From NCBI GenBank assembly GCA_040222015.1, contig JAVJWO010000018.1:31048-95047 (forward strand): a stretch of 64,000 nucleotides of DNA. The letters are read 5' to 3'. A program made the translations under genes and the position numbers. Positions 32,820 through 43,407 of this stretch are shown here, one piece after another (position 1 is the stretch's first letter; each line of letters begins with the position of its first letter). The notes beneath the pieces were generated by a model. It saw only the letters and a list, made by a program, of their open reading frames with translations, did no database searches and was not told where the DNA came from. The stretch is from Coleofasciculus chthonoplastes F2-STO-03 (lineage in GTDB: Bacteria > Cyanobacteriota > Cyanobacteriia > Cyanobacteriales > Coleofasciculaceae).

Positions 32820-33164
32820 ATGCCAAATATTTTTAATCTCCCTTCCCAACTGTCTAATGAAGAACAATTTGAGGCATTAGTCTCTAGTGATAGCGTGTTA
32901 ATTGAGCGAATTATCTCCACAGGGCAAACTACACCAACCGGAGAATGGTATGATCAGCAGCAGGATGAGTGGGTTATCCTGCTTCAGGGGGAAGCAATTC
33001 TTATCTATGGCGATGGGTCTAAAATTGAACTGAAAGCCGGGGATTATGTTTTGATTAATGCTCATCAAAAGCACCGAGTTGAATGGACAAGCTCTCACCC
33101 ACCCTGTATTTGGCTGGCTGTTCATGGTAATCTCAAATCTAATGGCAGAGACGATAAAATCTGA
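32820..33164 (+). CDS. Cupin domain protein
   Basis: IERIISTGQ..WYDQQQDEWVILLQG..GDYVLINAHQKHRV. Confidence 0.88.
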   Translation: MPNIFNLPSQLSNEEQFEALVSSDSVLIERIISTGQTTPTGEWYDQQQDEWVILLQGEAILIYGDGSKIELKAGDYVLINAHQKHRVEWTSSHPPCIWLAVHGNLKSNGRDDKI

Positions 33165-33310
33165 GTTAATTCAACACTGAAAGCGAGTGTGTGAAGAACT
33201 ATGATAAATTGACACTTGACTTTTCCATTCCTTGTAAATCAGAGTTCTGATTACTGGAGTCGTGCTAAATGGCGCTGACTCGCATAGTCTGGAAATAAAT
33301 GAATTAACTT

Positions 33311-33366
33311 TTTGAACCCGTTTCAACGGGTTTGGTGCTTTTAGCCCCAACTTCAGTTGAGGGCTG
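33311..33366. repeat. Dispersed double-hairpin repeat; second copy at 51257-51311
   Basis: tttgaacccgtt(t/c)aacgggttt..cttttagcc..aactt.agtt..ggct. Confidence 0.75.
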
Positions 33367-33401
33367 AAGTCAGCGACATTCCCCTTAAGTCCTTTGTCAC
33401 A

Positions 33402-35018
33402 ATGCATATTCCTAAGCAACTTTGGCAAGCGTCTCCTATCTTATTATCCCTGCTGGGTGGTATCCTCATGGGATTAACCCCATCCCCTGTAGAAGCCTGG
33501 TCTTTGGCGTGGATTGCTTTAGTGCCTTTATGGTTCTTAGTAGTCACCCGTCAAAGTCTGCGCCAGACGGCTTTATATGGTTTCTGCTGGGGGATTGGCT
33601 ATCAAGGGTTAGCCCTATTTTGGATTACAGGTGTTCATCCCATGGATTGGATGGGAGTACCCTGGTTAGCCAGTTTAGCGATCGCACTTTTTTGCTGGGT
33701 GTTTATTACCCTCTGGGGGACAATTCTGGTGGTGCTCTGGGCGGTGGGGATGACAGCGTTCAATTCACTATTAAATCGTCAAGGTGTCAAGTTTAGAACC
33801 GTTAATCGTGTCTTAGTCGGAATTGCTCTCTGGTGTGGTTTAGAAGCCTTCTGGACTCTAGGCGATCTCAACTGGACATCTCTAGCTTATACCCAAAGTC
33901 CCCATAATTTATGGATTTTACACCTGGGTCAGATTTCGGGTCCGTTTACAGTAAGTGCAGCCGTTGTTGCTGTGAATGGGTTAATCGCGGAAGCTGGGAT
34001 TAGTTATTTCTCAAATCAAAACAAACGAGTCACTGGATCTAGCGCAAGGCAGAAATTTATCCTAGCTTTAGGACTTCTTGTTGGTTTCCATCTGATTGGG
34101 TTTGGACTCTACAGTCGTCCGCTGATTCAACCCACTCAATCTGCCTTCAACATTGGTATTATTCAAGGGAATATTCCTAACACAATTAAACTCTACCAAG
34201 ATGGTTGGAGTCGGGCAATTGAAAATTATACCAATGGTTACAACGCCTTAGCAGATCAAGGAGTAGAGGCAGTTTTGACACCGGAAACGGCGTTGCCATT
34301 TATCTGGGATGAACAGGTTAACCAATTTCGTTCACCCGTTCCCTTTTATCAATACAAACTCAACCGTTTTAAAGAGGCTATTTTAGACAAAGGTGTGGTG
34401 GTTTGGCTGGGGGCGTTTGGTGAAAAAAGAGATAGCCTTACCAATAGCTTATTTACAATTTCAGGTACAGGTGAAACCATCAGCCGCTATAACAAAGTGA
34501 TGCTCGTCCCTTTAGGCGAATATATTCCCTTTGAGGAACTATTGGGTAGTTTAATTAATCGCCTTTCCCCCTTAGATGCCCACTTAGCCGCAGGTCAACC
34601 CAACCAACAGTTTGACACACCGTTTGGTCGTGCGATCGCGGGGATTTGTTATGAGTCAGCTTTTGCCTATCATTTCCGCCGTCAAGCCGCTAGGGGGGGT
34701 GAGTTTATTCTCAGTGCTTCTAATAATGCTCATTATAGTGAAACCATGCCCGCCCAACACCACGCCCAAGATGTGATGAGAGCTATTGAAACAGATCGGT
34801 GGGCAGTACGGGCAACAAATACGGGCTATTCTGGCATTGTCGATCCTCACGGGAGAACTTTATGGCGTTCTGGGATTAATACCTACCAGATTCATGCGGC
34901 GACAGTTTATCGGCGACAAACCCAAACCCTTTATGTACGCTGGGGCAATTGGTTAACGCCGACATTATTAGGATTAGCGATTTTAGCGTTTATCGTCAGT
35001 CGCCAATCCTGTTTGTAG
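33402..35018 (+). CDS. lnt: Apolipoprotein N-acyltransferase
   Basis: Multi-TM N-terminus; QGNIP, TPETA (Glu), YNKVMLVPLGEYIP (Lys), GICYES (Cys), RAIETDR, ATNTGYS. Confidence 0.95.
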   Translation: MHIPKQLWQASPILLSLLGGILMGLTPSPVEAWSLAWIALVPLWFLVVTRQSLRQTALYGFCWGIGYQGLALFWITGVHPMDWMGVPWLASLAIALFCWVFITLWGTILVVLWAVGMTAFNSLLNRQGVKFRTVNRVLVGIALWCGLEAFWTLGDLNWTSLAYTQSPHNLWILHLGQISGPFTVSAAVVAVNGLIAEAGISYFSNQNKRVTGSSARQKFILALGLLVGFHLIGFGLYSRPLIQPTQSAFNIGIIQGNIPNTIKLYQDGWSRAIENYTNGYNALADQGVEAVLTPETALPFIWDEQVNQFRSPVPFYQYKLNRFKEAILDKGVVVWLGAFGEKRDSLTNSLFTISGTGETISRYNKVMLVPLGEYIPFEELLGSLINRLSPLDAHLAAGQPNQQFDTPFGRAIAGICYESAFAYHFRRQAARGGEFILSASNNAHYSETMPAQHHAQDVMRAIETDRWAVRATNTGYSGIVDPHGRTLWRSGINTYQIHAATVYRRQTQTLYVRWGNWLTPTLLGLAILAFIVSRQSCL

Positions 35019-35269
35019 TAGGCGCTTGATTTGCCCCTAGCCAGAGGACTAAAGTCCTCACTACAAACTGGATGTTGCCCCTAAATCCTTACTCACTCAG
35101 GATAGCTGATCTGATCGAGTGACACAAGAGAAAGAATTGCTATAGTAGATGTCATCGACCAAAATGTAGAGATTTTTCCAAGTCTCAATTGGTTAGTCTT
35201 GGCGTTGTGCAGCTACCTGACAATGATCTGACTTTTCACAGTATGTGGCGCAACGTTAGTCTTAAGTAT

Positions 35270-35330
35270 GTAGGGGCGGGTTTCACAACTATCTTTTTGG
35301 TTGTACCCAGATGTGACTAAACCCGCCCCG
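35270..35330. repeat. REP doublet, family A
   Basis: gtaggggcgggttt...aaacccgcccc, immediately upstream of the TIR gene. Confidence 0.85.
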
Positions 35331-35367
35331 ACTCAGGTTTCTAGACTTCCCAGGAAAAGTTAGGACA

Positions 35368-38300
35368 ATGACGACATTCTTTGATGCTTTCATTTCTTAC
35401 GGACGAGCGGATAGTAAAGCGTTTGCCCAAAACCTTCAATCTCATTTGGATGAACAAGGGTTCAACGTCTGGTTTGACTTCAATGATATTCCCTTAGCTG
35501 TCGATTTTCAAAATCAAATTGATGATGGGATTGAGAAAGCGAGCCACTTCCTGTTTATTATTGCGCCTCATTCGGTCAATTCGCCCTATTGTCTCAAAGA
35601 AATTGAATTAGCAATTAAACTGAATAAACGGATCATTCCCTTGTTGCACGTTATGCAAATTAGCCAGGAAACCTGGCAGCAACGAAACCCCAATGGCACA
35701 GAGGAAGAGTGGGAAGCGTATAAGGTAAAGGGGTTACACGAGAGCTATCAGAATATGCACTCTACCATTCGCAAGCTCAACTGGGTGTATTTCCAAGAAG
35801 GAATCGATGATTTTGAGAAATCTTTCGCTAACTTAGTTGAGTTACTCCGCTCTCATACCGATTATGTGGAAAAGCATACTCGGTTTTTAGTCAAAGCATT
35901 GGAGTGGGAACGGAATAAAAAGCAAACTAATTATCTGTTGACGGGGGAAGAAAAAAAGCAGGCAGAAGCTTGGCTAAAAATCCGGTTCAAAGATGAACAA
36001 CCGCCTTGTACGCCGACAGATGTGCATGGCGAATACATTACCGAAAGTATCAAGAATGCTAATAATTTGATGACTAAAGTATTCCTGTCGTATGCCGATG
36101 AAGATAGGGCGACGATGGAGATGATTCGCAACAGTCTGAGGCGGGAAAGTATTACGGTTTGGACGAATACAACCGATATTCAAACCGGGGAAGCCTTTGA
36201 TGCGGCAATTAAGCGGGGAATTGAACAAGCGGATAACTTAGTTTTCTTGCTCTCGCCGGAGTCAGTAAATTCGACTTATTGTCAGCAAGAATTGGACTTG
36301 GCTTTGTCACTGCACAAGCGAATTATTCCGGTGTTGGTGCGGGAAACTGAACCCAATCAAGTGGAAGGTGTACTGCGGGAGTTGCAGTATATTGACCTCA
36401 CGGATAATGTCAAAGATGATGATTACCTGCTTGATGAAAGTAAACTGTTAAAAACCTTGCATCAAGATGCGGCTTACTATAATGAACATAAGATTCTACT
36501 CACTAAAGCGCTGAAATGGAAACAGCAGCAACAAAATCCCAGTATTCTGTTGCGAGGGTATAACCTGCACAGTGCGGAAGCGTGGTTAAAGGTAGCGCAG
36601 AAACGAAGCCAGCATCCACCCACAACTTTACAGGAAGAATTCATTGCTGAAAGTCTGCGACAACCGCCATTAGAGTCGCTGGATGTGTTTATTTCCTATT
36701 CCCGTGCGGACTCAGATTTTGCCCGAATGCTGAATGATGCATTACAGATGCAGGGGAAGACGACGTGGTTTGATCAGGAAAGTATTGCATCGGGGAGTGA
36801 TTTTCAACAGGAGATTTATCGCGGGATTCGGGTGTGTGATAACATTCTGTTTGTTCTCTCACCGCGTTCGGTGAATTCTCCCTATTGTGCTGATGAAGTG
36901 GAGTATGCGGCGAAGTTGAATAAACGCTTCGTGACGGTATTGCATCAGCCAGTCAACACGGCAGATTTGCATCCGGAATTAGCTAAGGTACAGTGGATTG
37001 ATTTTAATCAGAATCAGCGGGATTTTAATGCTAATTTCAACCGATTGGTGAGAACCATCGATACGGATAGAGAACACGTTCACAGTCATAGCAAATGGTT
37101 ACAAAGGGCGCTGGAATGGCAGCAGAAAGGTAAAAGTGCTGATTTGTTGTTGCGGGGGAGTGAATTTGCCGTTGCTGAGAACTGGTTACAGGAAGCGAAA
37201 CAAAACAAGAAAAAACCGACTCCTACTCCTTTGCAGCAAGAGTATATTCGCCACAGTCGAGAGGCGATTGCAGCGGGAATTAAACGGGAAAAACATCGAG
37301 TTATTATTTTAATATCTCTGCTGGGTGTGGCGACGGCGGGATTTGTTTTGGCAATTATGTCATGGGGTAATTCTGCTAACCAGGAGGTGAAAGCTTTAAA
37401 GGCAGAAATTGAAGCAATGCAACAGTCTGCAGCAGCCCGTCTAGCTCTTGGTCAGTCATTTGATGCCCTATTCATGGCGCTTAAAGCGTCACAAAAACTG
37501 AATGATTTACCCTGGTATGCAGGTAAAAATGACCCGAAGCTTAAAGCCGATGTTGTTAGTAGACTTCAGCAATCGATTTCCTCGCTCCAAGTAATCAATC
37601 GCCTAGAACATGAAGAAGGGGAAATCGTCGATGTGAGTCTCAGCTCTGATGGTCAAACTATTGCCACCATTGGTGATGATAAGATATTTACTATCTGGAC
37701 TTTAGATAGTCAATTTAATACAAAAAAACGGATCAATAAGAAGTTGCTAGAAAAAAGTGAAAACCTGAAGCGAGAATGGAGGTTTAGTCCAGATGGTCAA
37801 ATTCTGGCGGCAGTGACGAAGGACAAGACGGTGAAACTTTGGCAGCGAGATGGTACGTTCATTGACGAGCTAAAGGATGAGCAAGGTCTTAATCTTCTGG
37901 GTTTCAGCGCTAATAGTCAAATTATTGCTACCTCAAGTTATGACAATAAGCGTGACAATAAGCGTGTAAAACTCTGGCGACGAGATGGCAGTTTAATCAA
38001 AACGATTCCCCTTGAAGAGGATGAATCATTCAGCGGAATTAGCCCAGATGGTCAGATTATCGCCACGATTATAAACAATGAAACGACCGAATCATCTGCG
38101 GTAAAACTTCGGAACCAGAATGGAACAGTTATGTCTACTATCACAGAGGATAATCTGCAAATTTATACTGTAAGTTTTAGCCCGGATGGTCAAATTATCG
38201 CTACCAAGAGTGATGATACGGTAAAACTCTGGCGACGAGATGGAAGCTTAATTAATACTCTCAAAGGTGATGAGCAGGGAGTAAGTTTGGTGAAGTTCAG

Positions 38301-40056
38301 TCCAGATAGTCAGACAATTGTCACCGTGAGTTATGACGAGACTGTAAGAATCTGGGGACGGAATGGAGTGCGACGCATCACCTTTGAAGCTCATGAAACT
38401 TTTATTACCGATGTAAGTTTTAGTCCCAATGGTCAAACTATTGCCACGGCTAGTGGTGACAAAACTGTCAAATTGTGGCAGCTTGATGGCACGCTAATCA
38501 CGACGCTTAGAGGACATAATGATTGGGTGACAAAAGTGCGTTTTAGCCCGGATGGTGAGCGGCTAATTTCCTGTAGTCATGACGGAACGGTGAAGCTTTG
38601 GCAGCCAGATAACCCCTTAATGATAGCTTTTCCGTCTGATAATAAAAATGAAAATAAAGTTAAGGTAAGTGTTTTTAGCAGTTCTGATAATGATACGTGG
38701 GAGAGCATTTTCGCAACAACTGCTAACAATGGTTCTGTACGGCTATGGAAAGCAGACGATATGATTACTCCACTCAAAACCCTAATCCCGAAAAGTGACG
38801 GAGATGTGGACGTAAGGTTTTTCAATCAAGGTCAAACCATTGTCACAGCTATCAACAAGGAAAAAGAGTCTTACGGACCTGTGCAGTTGTGGCAAAATGA
38901 CGGGACTCTTCTCAAAACTTTCATCCCCAAAACCCCAAGCCAAGGTTCGATTCAGGTATATGTCAGTCCAGAACATCAGATTTTTGTGACATGGATTCAA
39001 GACGAGAATTCTTTAGGACCCGTGCAGTTATGGAAAGCTGATGGAACGTTGATTAAGACTTTAATTGACAATGTTCCCAGTCAATGGTCTGTAAAGGTTG
39101 ATTTTTTCAACAACGGTCAAAACCTGGTGACAACGATTAATGACAATGGAACTTCTGATGGTTCGGTGCAGTTATGGAAAGCTGATGGTACATTGATCAA
39201 GACTTTAATTGCAAAAACCCCAAGCCAGGGTTCTGTGTTAGTGGAAACTCAAGAAGATAGTCCAGCTATTGTCACGGCAATTCAGCAGGATGATTCTGTC
39301 AATTCCGTTCAATTATGGCAGGCTGATGGTACTTCCCCCACCACACTAATTAATAAAAGTCAGGAATGGTATATATGGACGGATTTGACGACATTTAGCA
39401 GTGATGGTCAGACTCTGGTAACAACGCAGGTCAATGAAAATTCTGATTATACGGTAAATTTATGGAAAACTGACGGAACTTTGATCAAGACCTTAGTTGA
39501 AAACAGTCAGGAATCGGTAGACATTCATTTTAGTCCTGATAGTCAGACGCTCGTTACTTTAGTTAACGATGGTTCGATAACCTGGTGGAAGACTGATGGA
39601 ACTCCGATTACAACCTTGACAGAAAATAGCGAGGGATATAGGATATGGAATTTTAGTCCTAACAATCAAACTGTTGCCTTACAAAAGCAGAAAAAAATCA
39701 TTCTCTGGAATCGGGATGGTTCCACATCTAAGATTGATACAGGTCACAAAGGTGACATTTCCACAGTTGTCTTTAGCCCTAACGGTGAGATCATTGCCAC
39801 TTCTAGCTATGATGATACAGCTAAATTCTGGAACCTTGATGGAGAGCTAATCACGACTTTCACAGGTGATGTCAGGAATTTGACGTTTAGCGCTGATGGC
39901 AAGAATCTGATGACTCAGGGTGATAAATATATAGTAGTACGTAGCCTGGAAGGGATGACCGATTTAGGGACGCTACGAGACAAGGGTTGCCAGCGGATGA
40001 AGGCTTATCTAAATAGTCCTAATGTTGAAAAGAGCGATCGCACTCTCTGTGATTGA
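35368..40056 (+). CDS. Triple-TIR domain, single-TM, WD40-repeat protein
   Basis: Three FISY/FLSY...YCxxE TIR units, TM VIILISLLGVATAGFVLAIM, many FSPDG...VKLW WD40 repeats. Confidence 0.92.
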   Translation: MTTFFDAFISYGRADSKAFAQNLQSHLDEQGFNVWFDFNDIPLAVDFQNQIDDGIEKASHFLFIIAPHSVNSPYCLKEIELAIKLNKRIIPLLHVMQISQETWQQRNPNGTEEEWEAYKVKGLHESYQNMHSTIRKLNWVYFQEGIDDFEKSFANLVELLRSHTDYVEKHTRFLVKALEWERNKKQTNYLLTGEEKKQAEAWLKIRFKDEQPPCTPTDVHGEYITESIKNANNLMTKVFLSYADEDRATMEMIRNSLRRESITVWTNTTDIQTGEAFDAAIKRGIEQADNLVFLLSPESVNSTYCQQELDLALSLHKRIIPVLVRETEPNQVEGVLRELQYIDLTDNVKDDDYLLDESKLLKTLHQDAAYYNEHKILLTKALKWKQQQQNPSILLRGYNLHSAEAWLKVAQKRSQHPPTTLQEEFIAESLRQPPLESLDVFISYSRADSDFARMLNDALQMQGKTTWFDQESIASGSDFQQEIYRGIRVCDNILFVLSPRSVNSPYCADEVEYAAKLNKRFVTVLHQPVNTADLHPELAKVQWIDFNQNQRDFNANFNRLVRTIDTDREHVHSHSKWLQRALEWQQKGKSADLLLRGSEFAVAENWLQEAKQNKKKPTPTPLQQEYIRHSREAIAAGIKREKHRVIILISLLGVATAGFVLAIMSWGNSANQEVKALKAEIEAMQQSAAARLALGQSFDALFMALKASQKLNDLPWYAGKNDPKLKADVVSRLQQSISSLQVINRLEHEEGEIVDVSLSSDGQTIATIGDDKIFTIWTLDSQFNTKKRINKKLLEKSENLKREWRFSPDGQILAAVTKDKTVKLWQRDGTFIDELKDEQGLNLLGFSANSQIIATSSYDNKRDNKRVKLWRRDGSLIKTIPLEEDESFSGISPDGQIIATIINNETTESSAVKLRNQNGTVMSTITEDNLQIYTVSFSPDGQIIATKSDDTVKLWRRDGSLINTLKGDEQGVSLVKFSPDSQTIVTVSYDETVRIWGRNGVRRITFEAHETFITDVSFSPNGQTIATASGDKTVKLWQLDGTLITTLRGHNDWVTKVRFSPDGERLISCSHDGTVKLWQPDNPLMIAFPSDNKNENKVKVSVFSSSDNDTWESIFATTANNGSVRLWKADDMITPLKTLIPKSDGDVDVRFFNQGQTIVTAINKEKESYGPVQLWQNDGTLLKTFIPKTPSQGSIQVYVSPEHQIFVTWIQDENSLGPVQLWKADGTLIKTLIDNVPSQWSVKVDFFNNGQNLVTTINDNGTSDGSVQLWKADGTLIKTLIAKTPSQGSVLVETQEDSPAIVTAIQQDDSVNSVQLWQADGTSPTTLINKSQEWYIWTDLTTFSSDGQTLVTTQVNENSDYTVNLWKTDGTLIKTLVENSQESVDIHFSPDSQTLVTLVNDGSITWWKTDGTPITTLTENSEGYRIWNFSPNNQTVALQKQKKIILWNRDGSTSKIDTGHKGDISTVVFSPNGEIIATSSYDDTAKFWNLDGELITTFTGDVRNLTFSADGKNLMTQGDKYIVVRSLEGMTDLGTLRDKGCQRMKAYLNSPNVEKSDRTLCD

Positions 40057-40101
40057 GTATATCATGCGATATCGCACCCCTAATCCCCTTTTATAAGAAT
40101 C

Positions 40102-40370
40102 GTAGGGGCGACCCGCCGCACAAAATTAATACCACCCACCGATTAATTTTATCGGGGGGACCCTGCATCAAATATCAGTAATTATAGCGCTTCGCGCTGG
40201 TCTAGTTACACTTTGTTTGTACGAACATCCCATTTGGACTCAGTTTCAGGTAAGGAAGTTGTAAATACACCAGAGCGATTTGCTATATCTGACACCGCCT
40301 AGATTTAGACATGGGCGAGTCGAGACACGAAAATTTCACCGCCACCATCAGAGCAGCGACTCGCCCCTAC
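40102..40370. repeat. Composite REP (GTAGGGGCGA... / ...TCGCCCCTAC) with nested TATAGC..GCTATA element
   Basis: Inverted GTAG ends; related doublet at 63678-63740. Confidence 0.7.
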
Positions 40371-40470
40371 AACCGCGATAATCCCCACAATCCCGAAATA
40401 AACCCTGTCGGGGCGGTTTTTTCCCATCTGACTAAACCAGAAATGATTATAGTAAAAATCCTGACGACCT

Positions 40471-43137
40471 TTAAACCCAATTGCCCACTAATACAAACGG
40501 TGTCCAGAAATAGGGATGTTTCCGATACTTTGGATCTTGTAAAATTAAGAGTTGAGCGCGACGCAGGGCTTCAGCCTTATTCACTTTATCCTCAGTAAGT
40601 ACATGGTAGAATTTCACCATCAAATCCGCCGTCGTCGCATCATCCACTAACCATAATGTGGCGATGGTACTCCTCGCCCCCGCTCTCACGGCGACACCTG
40701 CTAATCCCAATGCAGCTTGATCATCGCCTTTAGCGGTTTCACAGGCGCTGAGTACCAGTAATTCAATCGGATTGGTGCGACGCAGATCGGTTGTTTTGAG
40801 TAAGGAACTCAATTCATTCACATTCAGCTTATCATCCCAAGTAATAATAAAGGTTCCCTCGGCTTCTGAACTAAACTGACCGTGGGTGGCGAGGTGGACA
40901 ACAGGAAATGATACGTTACCCATCGTATTTTCTAATGTGGATTTTGTAAACTCTTGATTGAGTAATAATTTCCCTGGCATAAACGATTGAATCTGCTGGA
41001 GTTCAATTTTTACATTAGGCAGAGCGGAAAAGTCTAGGCGGGATTCGGAAAGTCCAGCGGTTAACACTTCTAGCTTTTGTTCGGTAAGCGGTTTAGACTC
41101 AAACAATTCTAGTCCGGGAGTCAGCGCGATCGCATAGTTTTGCAGTAAGAATTGCTCCCCGTCGTGTAGCGCCGCCATGGGGATATTCCGCAACGTGCCA
41201 TTCAACACAAAAACTAAAGTTTTTGCCTCACTTTGGGCTAAATCCTCGGCGGCGGGTTTGATAATCCAGTCATAGACTTTCCGGGCGAGGGGGAGAAATC
41301 GTAAGCTGGTGCGCTGGGGTAAGGCTTGACGTAATTTCTCTAATGTGCTTTCTAATTCAGTTTGGGCGACAAAGGTGGTATAACGGCGTAAGGGTTGATT
41401 GGGTAAATGGACAATGACTTCCAAGCGATCGGATAGGATAATCGGGTAAAGTACAGCAGCTTCTTTGTCAATCGTATCAATATTTACAGGCTTGGCGGTG
41501 ATACAATCCGCTTGAAAAAAGTTATCTAATTCGGCAATTTGGAGTGACTCAACCACCTGACGGGCTTGTTCGAGTTGTTCTGGACTAATTTGGGTATTAT
41601 CTGCGGGTAATAGGAGTTCGACTAACTCCCGGTAGATGGGTTCAACCTGTTTCCGAAATGAATATTGAACATTAGAATTAACCGCGACTAAATCACTACG
41701 CAGAGATTGAAGGGTATCCACCGCCCCTTGATAGGCGACAATTGCCCCTTGGGTATCGCCTTGCTGTTTGAGTAACCGCCCGAGTTGCCATTGCCAAGGA
41801 TACAGACTATCCCAGGCTTCAATGGCTTGGGTTTTGATTAAGGCTTGTTGGGTTAAATCTTTGGCTTGTTGCAGTTGATTGGTTTGTTCGTAAAGATGTC
41901 CCAGGGTTCCTAATGCATAAGCTTGGAGGCGTTTATCTCCCAGGGTTTCTGCCTGTTGGATAGCCGTTGTCAGGATTTGGGCGATGTCTGGGTGTAGAGA
42001 CGCGCCATGGCGCGTCTCTACAGATGTTGCTAATTTGATTAGACTTTCGGCAAAATTAATCCGATATGAAATCCCTTGATCTGAAAGGGGTAAGGTATTC
42101 AGTTGATTTTGAATTTGGGGAACTAAAGATTGTGCTTGTTGGCGATTTCCGGTTTCAATAAGTAAGCTAAGTTGATTGAGTTTTGCCCGTAATTGGAGCA
42201 GGGGAGATGGGGCTGCGGTTATCGCTTGTTGATAGAAATCGAGGGCGGCTTCAACCTGCTGCTGTTGACGGGTGGTATTGGCAAGGCTGAATAGGGCGGC
42301 GCTAATATCGGAGGGGGATTCTAACTGGCGGGCAATTTGTAAACTTTCGTCTAATACCTGACGGGCTTGGGGTAAGTCGTTTACTAATTGTAACACTTCC
42401 CCTAGCGATCGCAAGCCCACGGCTTTGGTGAGTGAATCGGGTTGATTATCCAGGGTTTGTCTGACTTGCTGGAGTAAGGTTAAGGCGCGTCGATGAAATC
42501 CCAAGGCTTGCATGGCTTGCGCTTGGTTAATTTGGCTTTTAATTTTACCTGTTTTATCCCCTAACTGATTGTACAGGGCGGTGGCTTGCTCCCAGGTGGC
42601 TAAGGCGGGTTCGGGTTGTCCCTGATTCAGTTGTAAACGCCCCTGAATTTCTATGCTTTGGGCTAAGACATTGAGGTGATGGGTAGAAACGTCGCCGTTA
42701 GGTTCAGTTTGCAGTAAAGTTAAACTCTGGGAAATGGCGTCGTTTGCCTGAGACCATAATCCAAGTTGCTGATAGGCTAAGGAGAGATTGCTGAGGACTG
42801 TGGCTTGCTTAATTGTTTCGCCTTGGGTTTGATAAGCTTGGGCAGCTTTTTCTAGGAGTTCTACGGCATCAGTATATTGTCCCGCTTCGTAAAAAGTTCT
42901 GCCTTGTTTTACCCACGCTTCTGGGGAGGGATTAACGGTTGTTGTCTCAATTGCTGCGGGTTGGGGTTCGGGTTGTCCGATTCCAGTTGCGGATACGGGG
43001 GAAATGACTATACATAAAATGGCGGTGAGAATGGCTAATAGTAGCCATGAGATATCCCATTGATTAGCGCTAAAGCGCTTACTACGAACGGCGCTAAATC
43101 TTTTAATACGAACAGATAGATACCATTTGTTTTTCAT
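40471..43137 (-). CDS. TPR-repeat + CHAT (caspase-like peptidase) protein with N-terminal signal/TM
   Basis: HLATHG and VLSACET catalytic His/Cys, HPYFWTPFVLVGNW; TPR repeats. Confidence 0.93.
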   Translation of the reverse strand: MKNKWYLSVRIKRFSAVRSKRFSANQWDISWLLLAILTAILCIVISPVSATGIGQPEPQPAAIETTTVNPSPEAWVKQGRTFYEAGQYTDAVELLEKAAQAYQTQGETIKQATVLSNLSLAYQQLGLWSQANDAISQSLTLLQTEPNGDVSTHHLNVLAQSIEIQGRLQLNQGQPEPALATWEQATALYNQLGDKTGKIKSQINQAQAMQALGFHRRALTLLQQVRQTLDNQPDSLTKAVGLRSLGEVLQLVNDLPQARQVLDESLQIARQLESPSDISAALFSLANTTRQQQQVEAALDFYQQAITAAPSPLLQLRAKLNQLSLLIETGNRQQAQSLVPQIQNQLNTLPLSDQGISYRINFAESLIKLATSVETRHGASLHPDIAQILTTAIQQAETLGDKRLQAYALGTLGHLYEQTNQLQQAKDLTQQALIKTQAIEAWDSLYPWQWQLGRLLKQQGDTQGAIVAYQGAVDTLQSLRSDLVAVNSNVQYSFRKQVEPIYRELVELLLPADNTQISPEQLEQARQVVESLQIAELDNFFQADCITAKPVNIDTIDKEAAVLYPIILSDRLEVIVHLPNQPLRRYTTFVAQTELESTLEKLRQALPQRTSLRFLPLARKVYDWIIKPAAEDLAQSEAKTLVFVLNGTLRNIPMAALHDGEQFLLQNYAIALTPGLELFESKPLTEQKLEVLTAGLSESRLDFSALPNVKIELQQIQSFMPGKLLLNQEFTKSTLENTMGNVSFPVVHLATHGQFSSEAEGTFIITWDDKLNVNELSSLLKTTDLRRTNPIELLVLSACETAKGDDQAALGLAGVAVRAGARSTIATLWLVDDATTADLMVKFYHVLTEDKVNKAEALRRAQLLILQDPKYRKHPYFWTPFVLVGNWV

Positions 43138-43190
43138 CTATTTTATCCCAACAAGATTATGTTATAGGGGTACGACGTTGTTTATTCTTG

Positions 43191-43358
43191 CTCCCCTCTC
43201 CCGTGCAACAAAAGTGAAACATCCTTAGTCCTCCCCCATGGAACAAAAAGCGAAGCATCCTCTGTCCTCCCCCCTGCAACAAAAGTGAAACATCCTCTGT
43301 CCTCCCCCCTCTTGTAGGGGGGAACGAGGGGGGTTGGGAGAGGGGTTGGGGGTGAGGG
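43191..43358. repeat. Three ~35 bp tandem repeats plus a C-rich/G-rich hairpin
   Basis: ctcccc..gcaacaaaagtgaaacatcct.tgtc x3. Confidence 0.8.
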
Positions 43359-43407
43359 GTATTGCTAATACTAAATCTAAGTAAGTCACCCCCTTCTGCC
43401 TTTTTAA

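Noticed and set aside
43191..43310. Possible mini-CRISPR
   Set aside because: Head-to-tail repeats without unique spacers
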